63,762 nucleotides of DNA, filler included, from Dicyema japonicum (GCA_011109175.1; 4 parts of 4 records of this genome joined end to end with filler, not necessarily neighbours in it); one strand, 5' to 3'. Counted from the first letter of the whole stretch, positions 37,471 to 54,014 are shown. Made by a program: numbers and translations. The notes: generated by a model not told the origin, from the sequence alone.

Positions 37471-38351
37471 ATTCTAATGAGGCAATTGGAAATTGAGCAT
37501 TACTTTAATTTCCTTGGTTAAAAATATTGTTTTCCTTAAAAATAAAATTTATTAATTTAAATATTTTAATTATCGTTCAAACGCCGTTTCTTAGTTCCAG
37601 AAGAAGCACGTGACATTGACAATCATGATTTACAAATACTATTAAAAAATTTAATTTTTTTTAGTAAAATAATTTTTTAACAAAGAAACAAATGTCAGTT
37701 GGAGAAGCCGACTGCGTGGATTGCGAACAAGTTCCCTCGGATCTTTACACTAATATAAAAAATTTTAATTCAATGTAAAAAATAGCAAAATGATTTTTTG
37801 TGTTTTATAGCCATTAAATCTGTTCGCACTTATGCCTGACGACACCTCTGGTTTAGAAGGATGTTGTGACTCAAAAAAGAGAGACTCAGTTATCAAGAAA
37901 TTTGAGAATTCGCGTAATTTTGCTCTAAAGCTTGCCTACGGGATAAATCCTCATATGTCAATTCCCTTATGGTTGGAAGGAAAAATGTTCACGGAACCAT
38001 GAAATCTCATTCGAGGTTTCAATAAACCCACTAAAGTTTCTGAGACTTATCTTTAATGATGACCCTGTGTTTGTTGATTTCTTGGGGAGACAGCAGTGTT
38101 TACTTTATAATAACTTACTTTGACCTCAAATGTTAAACTTGTGGTATTCTAATTATAAATCATAGCCTAATAATAAATGTCTTAAATTAGGTTATTAAGC
38201 CTTATAAATATTGCCTAATTGAGTTTATCAAATTGAGTTTATCAAACCACAAATATTGTATTTTAAAATTTTATTTAAAATATATTTAATACTATAATAA
38301 AAACATTTAAATAAAATAAGTTTATTTAAATCAATGCTGATTTATCCCTAA

Positions 38352-38764
38352 ATGAAAGTAAACAAGAAATGTCTGCTAGAATTCGCCAAAAGTGATAGCA
38401 GTGTCACAAAGTATGGGTGGCTTACAAAAATATACATAAATAAAAAAAGGAAAGTGTACTTTTGCGTCATAAAGGATAATCTCCTCTACTACTATAAAAG
38501 GAGAAGCGACGATCCTGTAGTATTAATGCCAAGTTAATAGGTTGGGGTCATAATTTTGGAGAGAATCGTCGTTAGCATGACGGATCACTCGAAATCATCA
38601 TTTATGGTCGAATTTATCGGTTTGGATATTCAAATATTGCAGATTTCCCAAAGAAAATTAGTTTTGAGGCTGAAAACGAAAGTGAGATGGTAGATTGGAT
38701 GAAGTCCCTAATAAAGAGCAGTTACGACTATAAAAGATTACACTTGGAGGAACTCGCCAAATAA
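38352..38764 (+). CDS. PHETA1: Sesquipedalian/IPIP27 (PHETA/FAM109) PH-domain protein, ~121 aa, introns of 24 and 23 nt
   Basis: MKVNKKCLLEFAKSDSSVTKYGWL...NLLYYY...DPVGVIILE...EAENESEMVDWMKSLIKSSYDY.RL..EEL matches the FAM109 N-terminus. Confidence 0.85.
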
Positions 38765-40299
38765 TTATTTTTACACTAATATATTTTCTTATTAAATTAT
38801 TTCCTATATTAGGTAACCCCAGGAAGTTATTGATCATTAGGAACCCCATCAAGTCGCTCACAGAGATCCTTCACTCTCACGTCGAGTCCTGATAGTCTGG
38901 GAGAAGCAAACAAATATCTGACTTCTCTTCCACCCAAAGGTTGGCTATGTCCACTTCGTAGCATGCGAGTCTCACTTTGGCAAGTTTTGGGAGACAAACG
39001 ATTGGTCTCAGAAGGTCTACGCTTATATTTTTAGTCCTCAAGGGCCCATATGGTACTGATGGACTTGAGTCGTAAATTCAGTAAGTTTTGTAAGGAATCT
39101 ATAATAAGGGTTTTTATAAGGAGTATATTAATAGCCTTCACAAATGCAAGACCTAATCATGCAGATCTTGGTACTGAACGATAAGAAAATGTAAAATCAT
39201 GAGGATTGATTTCAGGGAGTTATGATTAACAAGGATTTCTCAATCATATGTTGCTTTTTCGTATGTCTTGATTTCGTGGAGTTTTAGTAAAAAATACTAT
39301 CAATAAAATTAGAATATGTAAATTCATGCATTCTAGACGACCACTAGACATCTTCCTTGGTACCAATTCCCCACGACAGATACATCTGACTGAGCTTCCG
39401 CTTTTGGTTGTTACTTTTTGTTATCTACCGAATTCCTTCATTTGAAAGGACAAGGTAAATAAATAAACACAAATTAGTGCACTCCCACGTGTGTTACTGC
39501 ATTTAAGCCCATTTCCGATGAAACGTATGTGAGAAATGTCGAAATTGTTGAATGACTTGTATACTCAGCCAATATGTCTTGAACACAGAAAGGTCACAAA
39601 AGTCTTCGAATAAAACTAAATAAGAGCGAACATTCCTGGGGGGAAAGGACTCGTTGTTGCGTCCTTCCTGTCTCATTGACTAATACAAGCCAACCCCCAA
39701 TTTTCTAACCACATCACCTTGGTTGATCTCTAATAGGTTACAGTGACTTTCTTGCTAGCCACCGATTTCCTCAACTTGAAAGGTCAGGACTCATCAGAAA
39801 CCAGAAGTTCTGAACAAAAAGTGTCAGTTGTACAAATCAGGTTCTAATTCTCCCGCCAAAAATTAAAAAAGTTGGTAAGATCATCTGCAAAAAACGAGCT
39901 CGTTGATTGTCTTTGTGGCTCACCTGTGTGCGTCAGAATATCTGAACTTAAGTGACGAAATAATAACCCAAATTGAACGAACGAGTATTATCGGTCACGT
40001 TGCTGCTTCAACAAGTCAGCTATCAAAGACTAAATGTTTTAATAATATAGAACTTCAAAGGACCGTGACTACACCAATTTTGGAAGGCATACACCCTAAA
40101 CTCTGTTGTGTTTAAAATAATAGAAGAAACAGTATCCTGAAGAACTTGAACCACGTTTCTGCTTGTCTTCAGGCAAAATTGGAGGCAAATATCCTCGTCT
40201 TTTTTTGATAAAAGTTATATCCAAATGGTAATAAACCTGAGTACACTAGAAGGAAGTTAAAAAATAAATATATTCAACATAAAAAGTAAAATTGTGTTG

Positions 40300-40900
40300 G
40301 ATTTTGTGTTCTGATCCAATTAAATATATTGCGACCTCCTGCACTGCGGATAGTTTCAATGATGAGGATCGTGAAATTTGCATTGCCACGAAGGGCTTGC
40401 ATACGTCATCGTGGGTCGGATAAATTGTTCATACACTGTGACAAGGCTCCTAATTTGGTCTTTAGTGTTTTTGAGAGCACTTTTAAAATTCTCATTTTCT
40501 TCAGAGCAGAAGTTACCTTGTTCTCAACATGTCAAATAAAAGAGAGTCCCTGATCAAAGGTGACCCCAAGAATCTTCCGTGTTTTGATAATAGGAATAGC
40601 CTAGTTCTTCATAATATTTTTTGGTTCGACACTGTCTTTTGTAAGTGGCGACAAAGGACTTTGATGCTGATGCGTAGAACCTCCGTTACGAGACCCACAG
40701 TTCCCGCCTGTCAAGCATTTGTTGGGCGGACTGAATAGCCGATTGAATGATCTTGTACTTGGAGGCAAGAATAATGTCGTCGGCATAAGAGAGGACTAGA
40801 GAGTTCTCATAGCGAGATATTGATTTGATGTTGGTGCAGAGTATTTGTACTCGTCTTCCATTTAGGAAGTTCCCAGGCCAATTCGGGTGGATGTTTGTTT
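40300..40900 (-). mobile_element. Decayed LINE RT, same group as 22975-23830
   Basis: LVLSYADDIIL, KILGVTFDQGLSF, VYEQFIRPTMTYASPSW. Confidence 0.65.
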
Positions 40901-41349
40901 CAAATATCTTCTCTGTGTGTTATAACAACTGTTTTTTACTTAAATAAAGTGTGTGTCATGCCTGTGCGTAGTTAACTAATATGGCTCTGTTTATAGGCCC
41001 ATGATCACTGGGTCAAAGAGAAAGAAATAAAAGTTCTCAACTAACTAAGTGATCCCAGACCGACAAGGGAGGGACAAGTCCGGCGGGGTCGAGAATCCTG
41101 TACAGCTCTTCTCATTGGACATGGCATTGGCTCAAATTTTATTACATGTTTGTAGATTTTTCGATAGTATATGAAACATGGGGCAGCTCGGTAGACTGGC
41201 CGCCTTTAAAAAATTTTCGTTATAATTCAACTAAAAGAGCTTAAATCGAATATAAGTAAAAATATTAAATAATGAGTAAATATTAATTTAAATAAATAAT
41301 TAAGTACAAAAAATAGCAAAACTATTATATTCTGTGGACCTGAATAAAA

Positions 41350-42352
41350 ATGATAGAATCAATAAAAACAAGATTAGATTGCGTGAATCTCGCCATAAAC
41401 ACAGCTTTTTCTAAAGTAAAGTCTAATTCACGTGTTCCAACACTTGTCTGCGTCACCAAATTTAAACCAATTGAGAGCATAGTGGTTGCCTACAAATGCG
41501 GACAAACTCATTTCGGGGAAAACTACGTATTACTGATTATCAAGACTAGATTTCCGAACTCGTGGAAAAGTCACAAAACAAACAAAGTCTAATTCACGTG
41601 TTCCAACACTTGTCTGCGTCACCAAATTTAAACCAATTGAGAGCATAGTGGTTGCCTACAAATGCGGACAAACTCATTTCGGGGAAAACTACGTATTACT
41701 GATTATCAAGACTAGATTTCCGAACTCGTGGAAAAGTCACAAAACAAACAGGTAATTCTCTATTGTTAACTAAAGCTCACGGCGGAATGCTCCCAAATCA
41801 AGTGGCATGTGCTCGGTCACGTGCAATCCAATAAAATTAAAAAATTATCTGGTCATTAGGTAACTAAAATTTAGAAGTTAAAAATTTGTTTATGGTGGAG
41901 ACCCTGGATTCAATAGATTTTGCCGCCAAATTAAATCGAGTTTGGTGTCAGTTGGATTTGCCTCCTTTGAATGTTAAGATTCAGGTCAATACTAGTCAAG
42001 AATGCCGTTTTCAATGGTTAGTCATTTTCAGAGAAAAGCGGATGTAATTTGGATCAGGTCTCTGAGATTGTGGGATTCGTCCGACAATCTTGTCCAAAAC
42101 TGATTTTCACGGGACTGATGACAATTGGGAGACCCGGTGATTCTAAGATTGACTATGAAGTAATCCAATGAGAGTTCCAATTAGACTTTACTGGAATGCA
42201 GAAATGTGGTTTCGAATGCACTGCAGATTCCAGTTAGCGAGATTGAATTGAGCATGGGGATGTCAGATGACTTTGAAATTGCTGTTGAGATGGGAAGTAC
42301 TCATGTGAGGGTGGGGACGAAGATATTTGGTCCTCGACCTCTAAAGGGGTAG
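41350..42352 (+). CDS. PLPBP: PLP homeostasis protein (YggS/PROSC); mini-introns; 166-nt tandem duplication at 41418-41749
   Basis: LVCVTKFKP...FGENY|ISEL...[12 protein letters not shown]...MVETLDS...[11 protein letters not shown]...GLMTIG...[31 protein letters not shown]. Confidence 0.92.
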
Positions 42353-43216
42353 AATAATTTTATTTTTGATTAATTTTTTTGAATTATTGGACTGAGATAT
42401 TATGATGTCTGTCCATAAGAGGATTCATTCTCTCCTTTTATTGGCTAATGTCTGTTAGGATTACAAAAATAGTGGTAGACTTGAATTAGTGTGGAAATTG
42501 GGGGAAGTAGTCGATGAATTATTTAAAAGAGATGCAATTTAAGTTATTAATGACTTAATTAATAGAACTTTCTAGAATAACTGATTCTAGAATAACCTGT
42601 TCCTCATTTAGAAGATAATTCTTATCCAAGCTCCCCCAACAGTGAACAGACGGGATTCGAATCCTGGGATTGGGTCTTCTAATTGTTTTTTGGTTCACAG
42701 CTAAGGGTTTCAGACGTCTCCCAAATCCATTAAGAAGGGGAGTGAGAGGTTATAGATGAAGGCATTAAGATGTCGTAGTGTGCCAGAGCTACTTACCACC
42801 TCAGACCGGTTAGAATGTGTTTAATACTTAAAATTGTGATTTGTAATGTTGGTAACCAAGTAACGAATGTAGATGATTGATTGAGTTCATACAATTATCA
42901 AAACAAATTGTTGACGACAGCAGAAATATTCCAAGCATTTTCAGTTCATACCCAAACTTTTATGCAGAACATAATCTTAGTCAATTTGAATTGGCACATT
43001 AACATTGATTGGAAGGTTTATACTAGTGAATTACTGATAAAGCGCCAAAAATAGTCAAACTTTGATTAAATTTTCCCGCTTAGTTGCATTAAATTAAGTA
43101 AGCAAAATATTTATCATTCAGTCAAATAATTGGTGAATAAACGATAGGATTACAGTTAATGAATAAATAAATTAATGTTTATAATAATTAATAGAAAAGT
43201 AATAAATTAGTGCAAC

Positions 43217-45144
<1,928 letters not shown>

Positions 45145-45973
45145 TGAGCTGATAGGGACTAACCACTAATATAACATTAATAATTGGCATTCGTTTTTAA
45201 ACTTAATTTGTGCTTTCATATATTGGATACTATTAGGAAGGATGGTAAATTGACAGAAGAGACGGATGCAAAGTTAGCTAAAGTGGTCTCGGATTTCCTT
45301 GCCGCATATTTATCCTAATGAGCTGATAGGGACTAACCACTAATATAACATTAATAATTGGCATTCGTTTTTAAACTTAATTTGTGATTTCATATTGCAC
45401 CCTTGTGTGCTCAGGTGATATTTCAAATTCTTTCAATTTTGTGTTGGACACCTGTTTTTTAATTACTTTTAGTCAAATTAATTACTCGGCTTTTAGTCAT
45501 TCTTTAAATTTGAGGTGTCTTTGAATAATAAAAATTATTAAAAATATCCTAATAGTCTTGATGTTCAATAAAACAACAGGACATAAAAAGGAATTGTGAC
45601 CCCTGTTAACATAGAGCTTCACACTTTTCTTTCATACTCAACAAACGACTCTTCTTAGTACACTCCGGGGAATCTCTAATCATTGTAATGTGCCTTGAGA
45701 TATATTACAACCCTTCATTTTCGAGAGGAGTTAGACATTGATTATATCGTATATCTCTCATAATAATCAAAACCATAAATTGATTTAAAACACAAAATCA
45801 ATCAAACTGTGGAATAATTAAATGTAACATAACCCTCACAAATAGATGTAACAATTCAATTTCTTAAATAATTAGTTTTACTAAATTCAACTCAATTTCT
45901 TCTACAAAACAAGGAATTACAAACAAAACAACCTACAAGTCCTACGAGTATTGATTAAAAGTACTATATTTCC

Positions 45974-47587
45974 ATGACATTCTGGGATTACTCACTTTGG
46001 GTATAAATTTGTGACATTTAAGAACAATTTTGATGATTTACTAGACTTTGACAAAAGGGGGACCAGTTTTTACTCGCAAATGAACGATTTCTGCAAAGAG
46101 TTTGTCAATGCCACTAAAAGTTACGGGACAGGACTAAAGTATATTTACTTAATCATCAGAAAAATGAGCGACAAGTACTATCGAATCAGAATTACAGATT
46201 ACTACAAGTAAGTCAGCATCGGTGATATCAAGTGATGACAGACTAGTCTTCGGGTCAATTCTCGAATGGGTGAGGGACCTTGGCATTCTGTTGGAAGGAA
46301 TATGCGAGAACTATAATCAACATGACGAAATATTTAACCTGAACTTCAATTCATTCAAATCCAACAATAAAAAAGCTCAACAGACCCACGACCAGATATT
46401 CTCGAAGATTTCCAAGGAAGAACTCTACATGAGAACAGTTCCAACTCCTAATGACTAATAGCGAATGAAAGAGCAAAGAGACGCTTATGTGAGTTACTCC
46501 AAGGCACACAGGAAATTAAAAGACGCAGAAAAGGCCAAGTCGGGTGAAGACTTTGAGAAAATGGAAAGTGATTTTAAACTCAAGAATGAGATTTACTCAC
46601 GTGTGACCGAAACATGCAGAAATGACGCCAAAAAGTTCAATAACCTAAGAAAGAACTGTCTCTCAGTCGAAATGGACGCCCTGATTAAGGTATCATCGTA
46701 GTCACGTGTAGGACATGAATTTCCAGACGAAGAGAAGGGTTGAGAGTGAGAGAGACCTCCTCGATCACTTCCACAATGTCCTAAGGATTCAATTTGGGAC
46801 TATTTACGACAGGATTAAGGATTTGTCAACCACGGGGGATCGAATTGACAAAAATAAGGGACAGATAATTTTGTGACACTATTAGGTGGTGGAGGAAATG
46901 TCCACGAGTTGTATAAAACGAGAACTTCCAGATCCAATTGTCACCGAAGACTTTGAGGCACAGCAAGGAAGCCACGATCAGATCAACCTCACAATTCATC
47001 GAAAAAGGGACAAAATAACTAACCATATTTATGACTTAGCCAACAAAAGGTAGTAACCACGTGCACTTCAGGGCCAAACTGATATCACTTCGGAATATTT
47101 ACAATTCAAACCAGAAACTTGGCTCAATCTCTAAGAGCGAGTCAATGATTGTAAAGATAGACAAAAATTTATCCTCAGCCTTTAAAAAATTGGCCATTTT
47201 GGATGAATCAGTAGTCTTTTAAATAATTAAAGTCATCAACCAAATTATTAGAGAAGATATCAAAGGCAGGGAATATATCAGAGAGGTTCAATTATTTATG
47301 AGTTTAGACACTCATACGACTACCGGTTTGGGGGCAATAATTAAATAGAAATGAATTTTCGTCTGAATATGACCCCATATTTGCGGTGGTGACGACGGAT
47401 TATATTTGTAATTTGAGATTTAATTCGAGCCACGTGTGATAAGACAATATCTGTGAAAGGGGGGGAGAGATTGGAAATTTTGTGTGAAGGGACCAGAATT
47501 GGGTGGCATTATGTCTGCAGATGCGAGGGAGATGAGGAACAAGGATATGTCCCCACTGACTGCTTACAGATTGAAGGCGAAATTTAA
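45974..47587 (+). CDS. F-BAR-HR1-SH3 protein of the CIP4/FBP17/TOCA-1 family
   Basis: MTFWDYSLW|NNFDDL...SYGTGLKKMSDKY (F-BAR start), LISLRNIYNSNQKLG (HR1), TDYI..ISVKGGERLEIL...GW...EQGYVPTDCLQI (SH3); needs one GG-AG intron (46859-46885). Confidence 0.85.
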
Positions 47588-48238
47588 TTTAATTTTTAAA
47601 AAGTTAAGTTGTCTTTTTATTCGTGTCATGTGGCTTTTCATACTCAACAGATGATCCCCCAACCTTTTTATACACGGGATTCGTACCCAGTCACTTCATT
47701 AATCTGATACTCCTTTTGATCAGAACTTGAGGTTTACGATGTTTCCAGAGTTCGTCATTTCATCCATGATCACAGGACTTTAATCTACCATGAAGCTTAT
47801 TGGATTCCTCAGAGGAGTCTTTCCCCAAATGACTCAATCAATAAATATGGTTGGAGGCAACAGCCATTTTTGCGGAAAGGCAAAACCCTCTCCTTCACAG
47901 TCTCTCTAATTGTTTTCCATAGAGTTCCTTGCTCCATATTCACTTGTGTAGAAGGTCTTATATGCTAAGAGTTTGTCTCAACATTACTTATTTCTCTTAC
48001 AAAGCAGCTATCATCCAGTTTGCCTGATAGTCACTACAGGACGAGAGGCTAGTCACCGTTCCCAGATTTCTTTAATCTGGACATCTTGCAAATCTCTTTG
48101 AGCTTCCACTTTAATCGCTACCTTTATGGTAGTCACCGATTCCTTCCACTTAAAGTACTAGGGGTAAATATATAAGAGAAGGGGTAAAAATTTAAGATTT
48201 ATAAAAATAAGATAAAAAAAGCCAAAGATAAATGAAAT

Positions 48239-50607
48239 TTAGCAAAGTGGAATAATGTTTTTGTATTTAAATGAAATAAATTCAATGAATGAATAAATCA
48301 TATCAACTCCTAAAGAATTAACAATAATAACCATTCTTATATTCAATTCTTTCCTCGTCAGATTCAGTCCCCTCTCCAATTGAGTATAATATATGCCACG
48401 ACCGCACAAAGAAACCATGACAATCCAACAATAATCTGTTATTGTCCTGTACAGATGACTGTGATTTAGCATAGCATTTGCATCCATCAATAATCTGGGA
48501 CTAATAACCACAGATTACATGTATAGCAGCAAAGTGGTACATCAAATCCTGAGCTATTTGTTCATCTCCTTCTGGAAGGGATTCATTAAATATGTAAGGA
48601 CTAGATCTACTAGTGATACTCTCAGCGATTCTCACCGCCGTCTGTATTGCTGTAAAAGTAAATCCAAGTGAGATACCCCGTTTCCACACTACACAAATGT
48701 TGGAGCTGTCATGTTCAGCAGTCTTAATGGACAGAAAGAATCGTCTGAGGATGGTCTCAGTCCGTATAACCAAACAGGATATGTTGTATCGGAAAAATTT
48801 CATTTCCTCGTCATCTTCACGTGGAATATCTTCCATTATGTAGTCCATAGCCAATCTGTGAGACTCGAGGACAATGAGGTAGTGCATGAGTCTGTTAAAG
48901 CTGTTCCGTTCCTTGTCCTTAAATGTTATCAAAAGTGAGAACGGACATAATGAGGACACAAGAAATACTGAGTCCGCAAACTTCGGAGGCCAAATCACGA
49001 TAAATCAAGTATCGGAATGAATACTTCAAAAAATCCTCGTCTGATTCCTGAAAAGCCAGTTCAGGGACCTCGGAACTCCTGTTAGAATCCGACAATTGGA
49101 AAGAGGAAGCACGTCGAAATGTGGGAGATTGAATCTGTTGCAGACCGTGAGGCGGAGTGATAATTTCAATGCCTTGGAAGGACCTAGACTTTTCGTATTT
49201 GATCGTCCGAGTTGTCTGAGACACATTATAGACGTCCACAAATTCAGAAAAGGGAGGAAAATTGAAAAGTCGGTTAACAATTGGTGGAAAGATGGGGTTT
49301 CTTTTATCCACCTTTGGACTACCAGCCGAATCAAGAGAAGCCTGGTCGACGATGGGAGTCTTGCATGGAGAGGCGTGGTAACCCGTTTCGATATGAGTAT
49401 ATCCATCTTTGGAATACTCAAAGACACCCTCCCCAATAAACTCAAGCTTGTAATTTCCACCGGGAGAATTAGCCATCAACGAAGCTAACAATTATAAGAT
49501 ACATACGTCTTGACACCTTCTGAGAGACTTTGGGGGCGTCAAAAGTGGCCGCAAGGAAGGGATGACTGAACCACTCATCTAACATATTAGAGGACAAAAC
49601 CAACTGAAGCTGATACGATTATCCGGAGACAATTGTAACATTCGAGTGATGAGGTCCCTTAGCAATTCATTAGTATCACTGGGAAATCTTTATAGGTGAT
49701 TTAATAAAAGCACGTGGGTTGAGAATTAGTAGAGTAGAGAGACTTGAGTTGGATTTCATTCGAAGCACGGAAAGGAAGCGAGTAAAATCGGCAAAAGTAA
49801 AGAATAACCCCAACACTGAAGATGTCGGAAATGGAAGAATGGGGAAGTCGCAGAAATATCTCAGGGGCCTTCAATCAGTATTGTAATAACCATATAACTG
49901 GGAGATCCTAAATATGACATTGTCATTTGATCCTCAGTCAGAAAACGGGAAAACCCAAAGTCAGCTAAAGTAAAGATCACACAAAAACTAATTTTGAGAA
50001 CAATCTCCAAAGGAGGCATAGAAACTCCACCTCCAATATGGTGGAGGAGAATATTCTGTGGTTTCAAGTCCCTATGGACAATATTAAGGGAGTGAAGGAC
50101 TTTCATCCCTTCAGCTAAGAGTAAGACCAAAAGAAACTTATTTGTCTAGCAAAATGAGCCACAATAGAATCATCAAGTTTTCCCGCTTCTAGACATAAGT
50201 ACAAGTCAACTTTTAGTGTATGCATCCAAATCACCACCATTGCAGTACTAAACTAATTAAACAGTAATACCTCCATGAACAGATAGATTGAGTCGTCCTT
50301 GAACTGAAAATAAAAAAAATAACAACCGAATAGTCAAATAACTGCACTAAATTTTTTTGACTAATCGAAGATATTTCCTACTAATAATAAGTAGTTATTA
50401 CTTGGAGCACAGTTATCTCCCTTTCCCACGTTTCCATGTTACGTCCAATAATAATCTTTTTAACCGCAATGGGAACATTACCATGCATGGTCTACCACTA
50501 ACGGAGATCACAACCTTACGGATTCCTCTATAAACACTGCCAAATTGTCCCGAACCAATGGAGGAGTTGATTGGATTAAACTCAAATTGACCAAAACTCT
50601 CAGCCAT
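48239..50607 (-). CDS. ULK1: ULK/Atg1 serine/threonine kinase; 3' end approximate
   Basis: GQFEF...IGSGQFGSVYRG, IAVKK, FMEYCNGGDL, HRDLKPQNILL, ADFGFSRFL, GSPSYMAPE; C-terminal region RRFFL...AQDLMYHFA resembles the EAT/MIT domain. Confidence 0.85.
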
Positions 50608-50798
50608 ATAACTCACAAATGCGCATAATCTTTTATTTATTATAGGGAGGAGTTGATTGGATTAAACTCAAATTGACCAAAACTCTCAGCCATATAACTC
50701 ACAAATGCGCATAATCTTTTATTTATTATAGGATTTTTCGTAAATCAACAATGCAATAATTATTTAACCAAACATCAATAATCCGTCAAAAATATTAA

Positions 50799-53700
50799 CT
50801 ATTTAAATTTAATAGTCCAATTATCAGAGACAACAATCCCAGGCATTCGGATCATGAAAGACCCTTCCCCGTCCAGTGGTACCAAATTCTTAGTAATAAC
50901 AGTTCCGTCTCCTACTGTAAGACCATAATTATTATGCCTAATGTGATTTCAGCTGTTGTCGGTCGATAATTCATTCCGTACATATAAATCCGATCAATCC
51001 ACAAATTAGACTTATAATTCGATTTATTTTGTCTATAATAATAATTACAACATACTTTATATTACTTAACACTCCATTCTGATAGTAAAACTTACGAAGA
51101 TCAAATTGTCCGTTGACACTGTAATTATAAGTAGTAAAGTCATCGATATACAAGTCCCCTTGAGCTTCCCCCTGATAAACTATACAAGAGATCTCACAAA
51201 CCTTCGAATCAAGAGTAACTGTGAGGGAAATTGGATCATTCACTGAGAGAGAAGCACTTCGACGGACGTAATGTCTTCTAGGAATAATACTGCCTCCCCG
51301 ATAGAATGTAGGGACAGAATTCAAATCAACATTGACTTTTAGTGTAGTAGGACCTGCAATCGGCTTGGTTGTTAAATCCTCAGAGTTATACCAAATCTAA
51401 GAATAAATCATAAAATACCTCATTTCCAGGAAAATAAATGGTAACAGAGTCTGTAGAGGGATACAACACGGGTGCAACTAGAACTGATGGACCTACGATT
51501 AAATCAGAATAAAACCAATCATAAATGATTCTTCCATAGTAAAGGTATTATGATCACGTGGAAAATGCACCCACAGAGGAGCCATTATAGGGAATCCTTC
51601 CTCCGTAGCATTCGCAAACAGAGTGTACCAATAAGGGAGATACATGTAACGAATTTTGATAGCACTTCTAATCCCCTCAGTATATTGGTCAGAAAACAGC
51701 CAAGGTTCCCTTCTACGACTATCAATGTGAGCGTGGGCACGATAGAATGGCTGCCAAGCACCCAACTGTAATAATTATAAGTCAGTCCTCACCTGGTGCC
51801 ATCGAACAAGCAATTCTCCATCAGGATTTCCAAAGAATCCCCCAACATCGGCTCCAGAGAATACAATTCCGGAGATACTCATGGAAATGATCATTGGAAT
51901 ACTCTTTCTCAGATGCTCCCAACTAGCATCATTATCTCCCGTCCAGTAAGCTCCATATCTTTGAGATCCGGCAAAGAATGACCTTCCGAGCAAGAATGGC
52001 CTCAAAGTATAGTTAGATCTTGCCTTCATTCCTTCCCAGGAGGCTTTGGCCTAAAAGTGATGATAAATAACCGACCATCAAAAACCCATATTCATTATGC
52101 ACTTCCATATGCAACCTATCATTAAAGTGCTTGGAATTCCTGGGCAGGGTCATCTCAGGGTGGTTAAACACTGAGGGCTCATTCATATCCACCCACAAAT
52201 GTACATCATTATTAGACATGGTAAACTTATCAAATCCAAAGAGGGAAGACCACCAAGCACTACCATCGGGGTTAGTGAAGTCTGGCCACACAGAATTCCC
52301 TACAATTATAGAACAAATCTCACCAGGCCAACACCATCCATGGAAGACATTTCCGTCATCACTTCTTACCAAATATCCTTTTTCGTTTGCTTCAACAAAC
52401 ACGTGGTAATCATCACCCATTTTCAAGTGAGGATCCACTATTACCACCAGTTTTCTGCCATTAGAAGCCAACGTCGACATCATTGCCATGGGGTCGTCGA
52501 ATTTACTAGAATCCCACACAAAATATCTGAAATGGTGGTAAAATAAAACTTTCTATGGTCAGTATGCTCAATATCCAACCAGATAAAGTCAAGAGGAATC
52601 CCAAGTCGTTCAAAGTTAGCACTGACTCTGTAAAATCAGTTAAATGTCAACAAACTCCTCAACATCCTCACGATCGTCATAATTCCATCTTGACTGGTGA
52701 AATCCCAATGCGAATAACTACATAAATGAAATCAAAAACAGGTGGGAGAGTAACAGTCCCAGTTAATTCGGCATACTGCTTGAATAATTGACGAGGAGTG
52801 GGCCCAACAAGCACAAAAAAGTCAATGATCCCTATTTCAGAGAACCAATGGAGATTTACTGACTTCTACAACTGAGAATAGCAAATACGGATGACTCATA
52901 GTCCAAGTCAACCCACGTTTCCGCAGTATTAAGCCAAAACAGACCAACGGTGTCGTGGTTTCTAAATACGACAAGATTAATACCCGTGAAGGACTGCCAA
53001 AGGGACTGATCCATACAAAGCCATGGAGTAATCGTCAATATCATACTGGAACACATCTGAGTTGAACATTCTATATGGATCTCCATTTCTTCAATTAGTC
53101 AAAATCATCACTTTGAAGAACCGAGAACAAGTGGGGATCCCCGTTCTGGCAGACCATAGACGTAACCATATCCATGGAATTTGAAGTCAACTCCAACAGA
53201 TGTCATCGATTCTACAATAAAAACCATCAATGTACCCTGATTTGTTTCACCTTCTGGCTCCTTGGGGTTATCCTCTGTCGATTCCGCAGCCTCGTCCTTG
53301 GCTTTACGAAATATCAAACCTCCGTGTTTTGAGCGTCATCAGTCTCCAATCTCTGAGATCTGAACCAATTAAAAGAGATGTATGATCGAATAAAAGAATA
53401 CAACCGAAATATCCTGCTTTCTGGTGCTGAGGGGGATCTAAGTTTAAATTACGGACAAACTTTTCCTTGTTTTCGAACATAAGAAGACGATCCCCATTAA
53501 CAGTGGCGATTTTCCTATCCCTGCTGAATATTTCTAAATAGAATGGGGCGTAGAAGACCCTGACGACCTCAAAGTCAACAATTATGCTCGCATATGTCAG
53601 CAAAGTGACATATTTAAGTCTACACATATTGGATTATAAATATGCTCTTCTATTTGTAGATCATCCAACAGGATGTTCTGTGATTCGTATCTTGGTCGCA

Positions 53701-54014
53701 CATTAGGTGAGACTTCACGAATTGAGAATCTCAGTTTTCCACCTCGAATTGAAGATATGATGACCTAAATACGAGTAAAGTTATACTGTGAGAGGATTAG
53801 ACGAGTCTTCGTGGGAAATGACGAATTCCACATTTCCTTGGTTAGTCTTTTTGAATGTGGAGGAATTGACGACGTAGCTATTCCTGTCGGTGTTGCGATT
53901 CCGTCTATGGCTGAGATAGACAGACTACTGGCAGAATGGAGTCTGAGCACATGTGTTGAACTTAGTCCTATCGACCGCATTTATTAAGTGAATAAGAATG
54001 ACGACAACCAACAT
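50799..54014 (-). CDS. GANAB: Glucosidase II alpha subunit (GH31); many 22-30 nt introns, two of them GC-AG
   Basis: Signal peptide + [87 protein letters not shown]. Confidence 0.95.

Noticed and set aside
48920-49024. Possible 105-nt intron in ULK
   Set aside because: It has the wrong phase; a 25-nt GT-AG intron just before DKER restores the frame.
49026-49488. Alternative-frame ORFs of 130-144 aa over the ULK linker
   Set aside because: Shadows of a long exon; no recognisable motifs.
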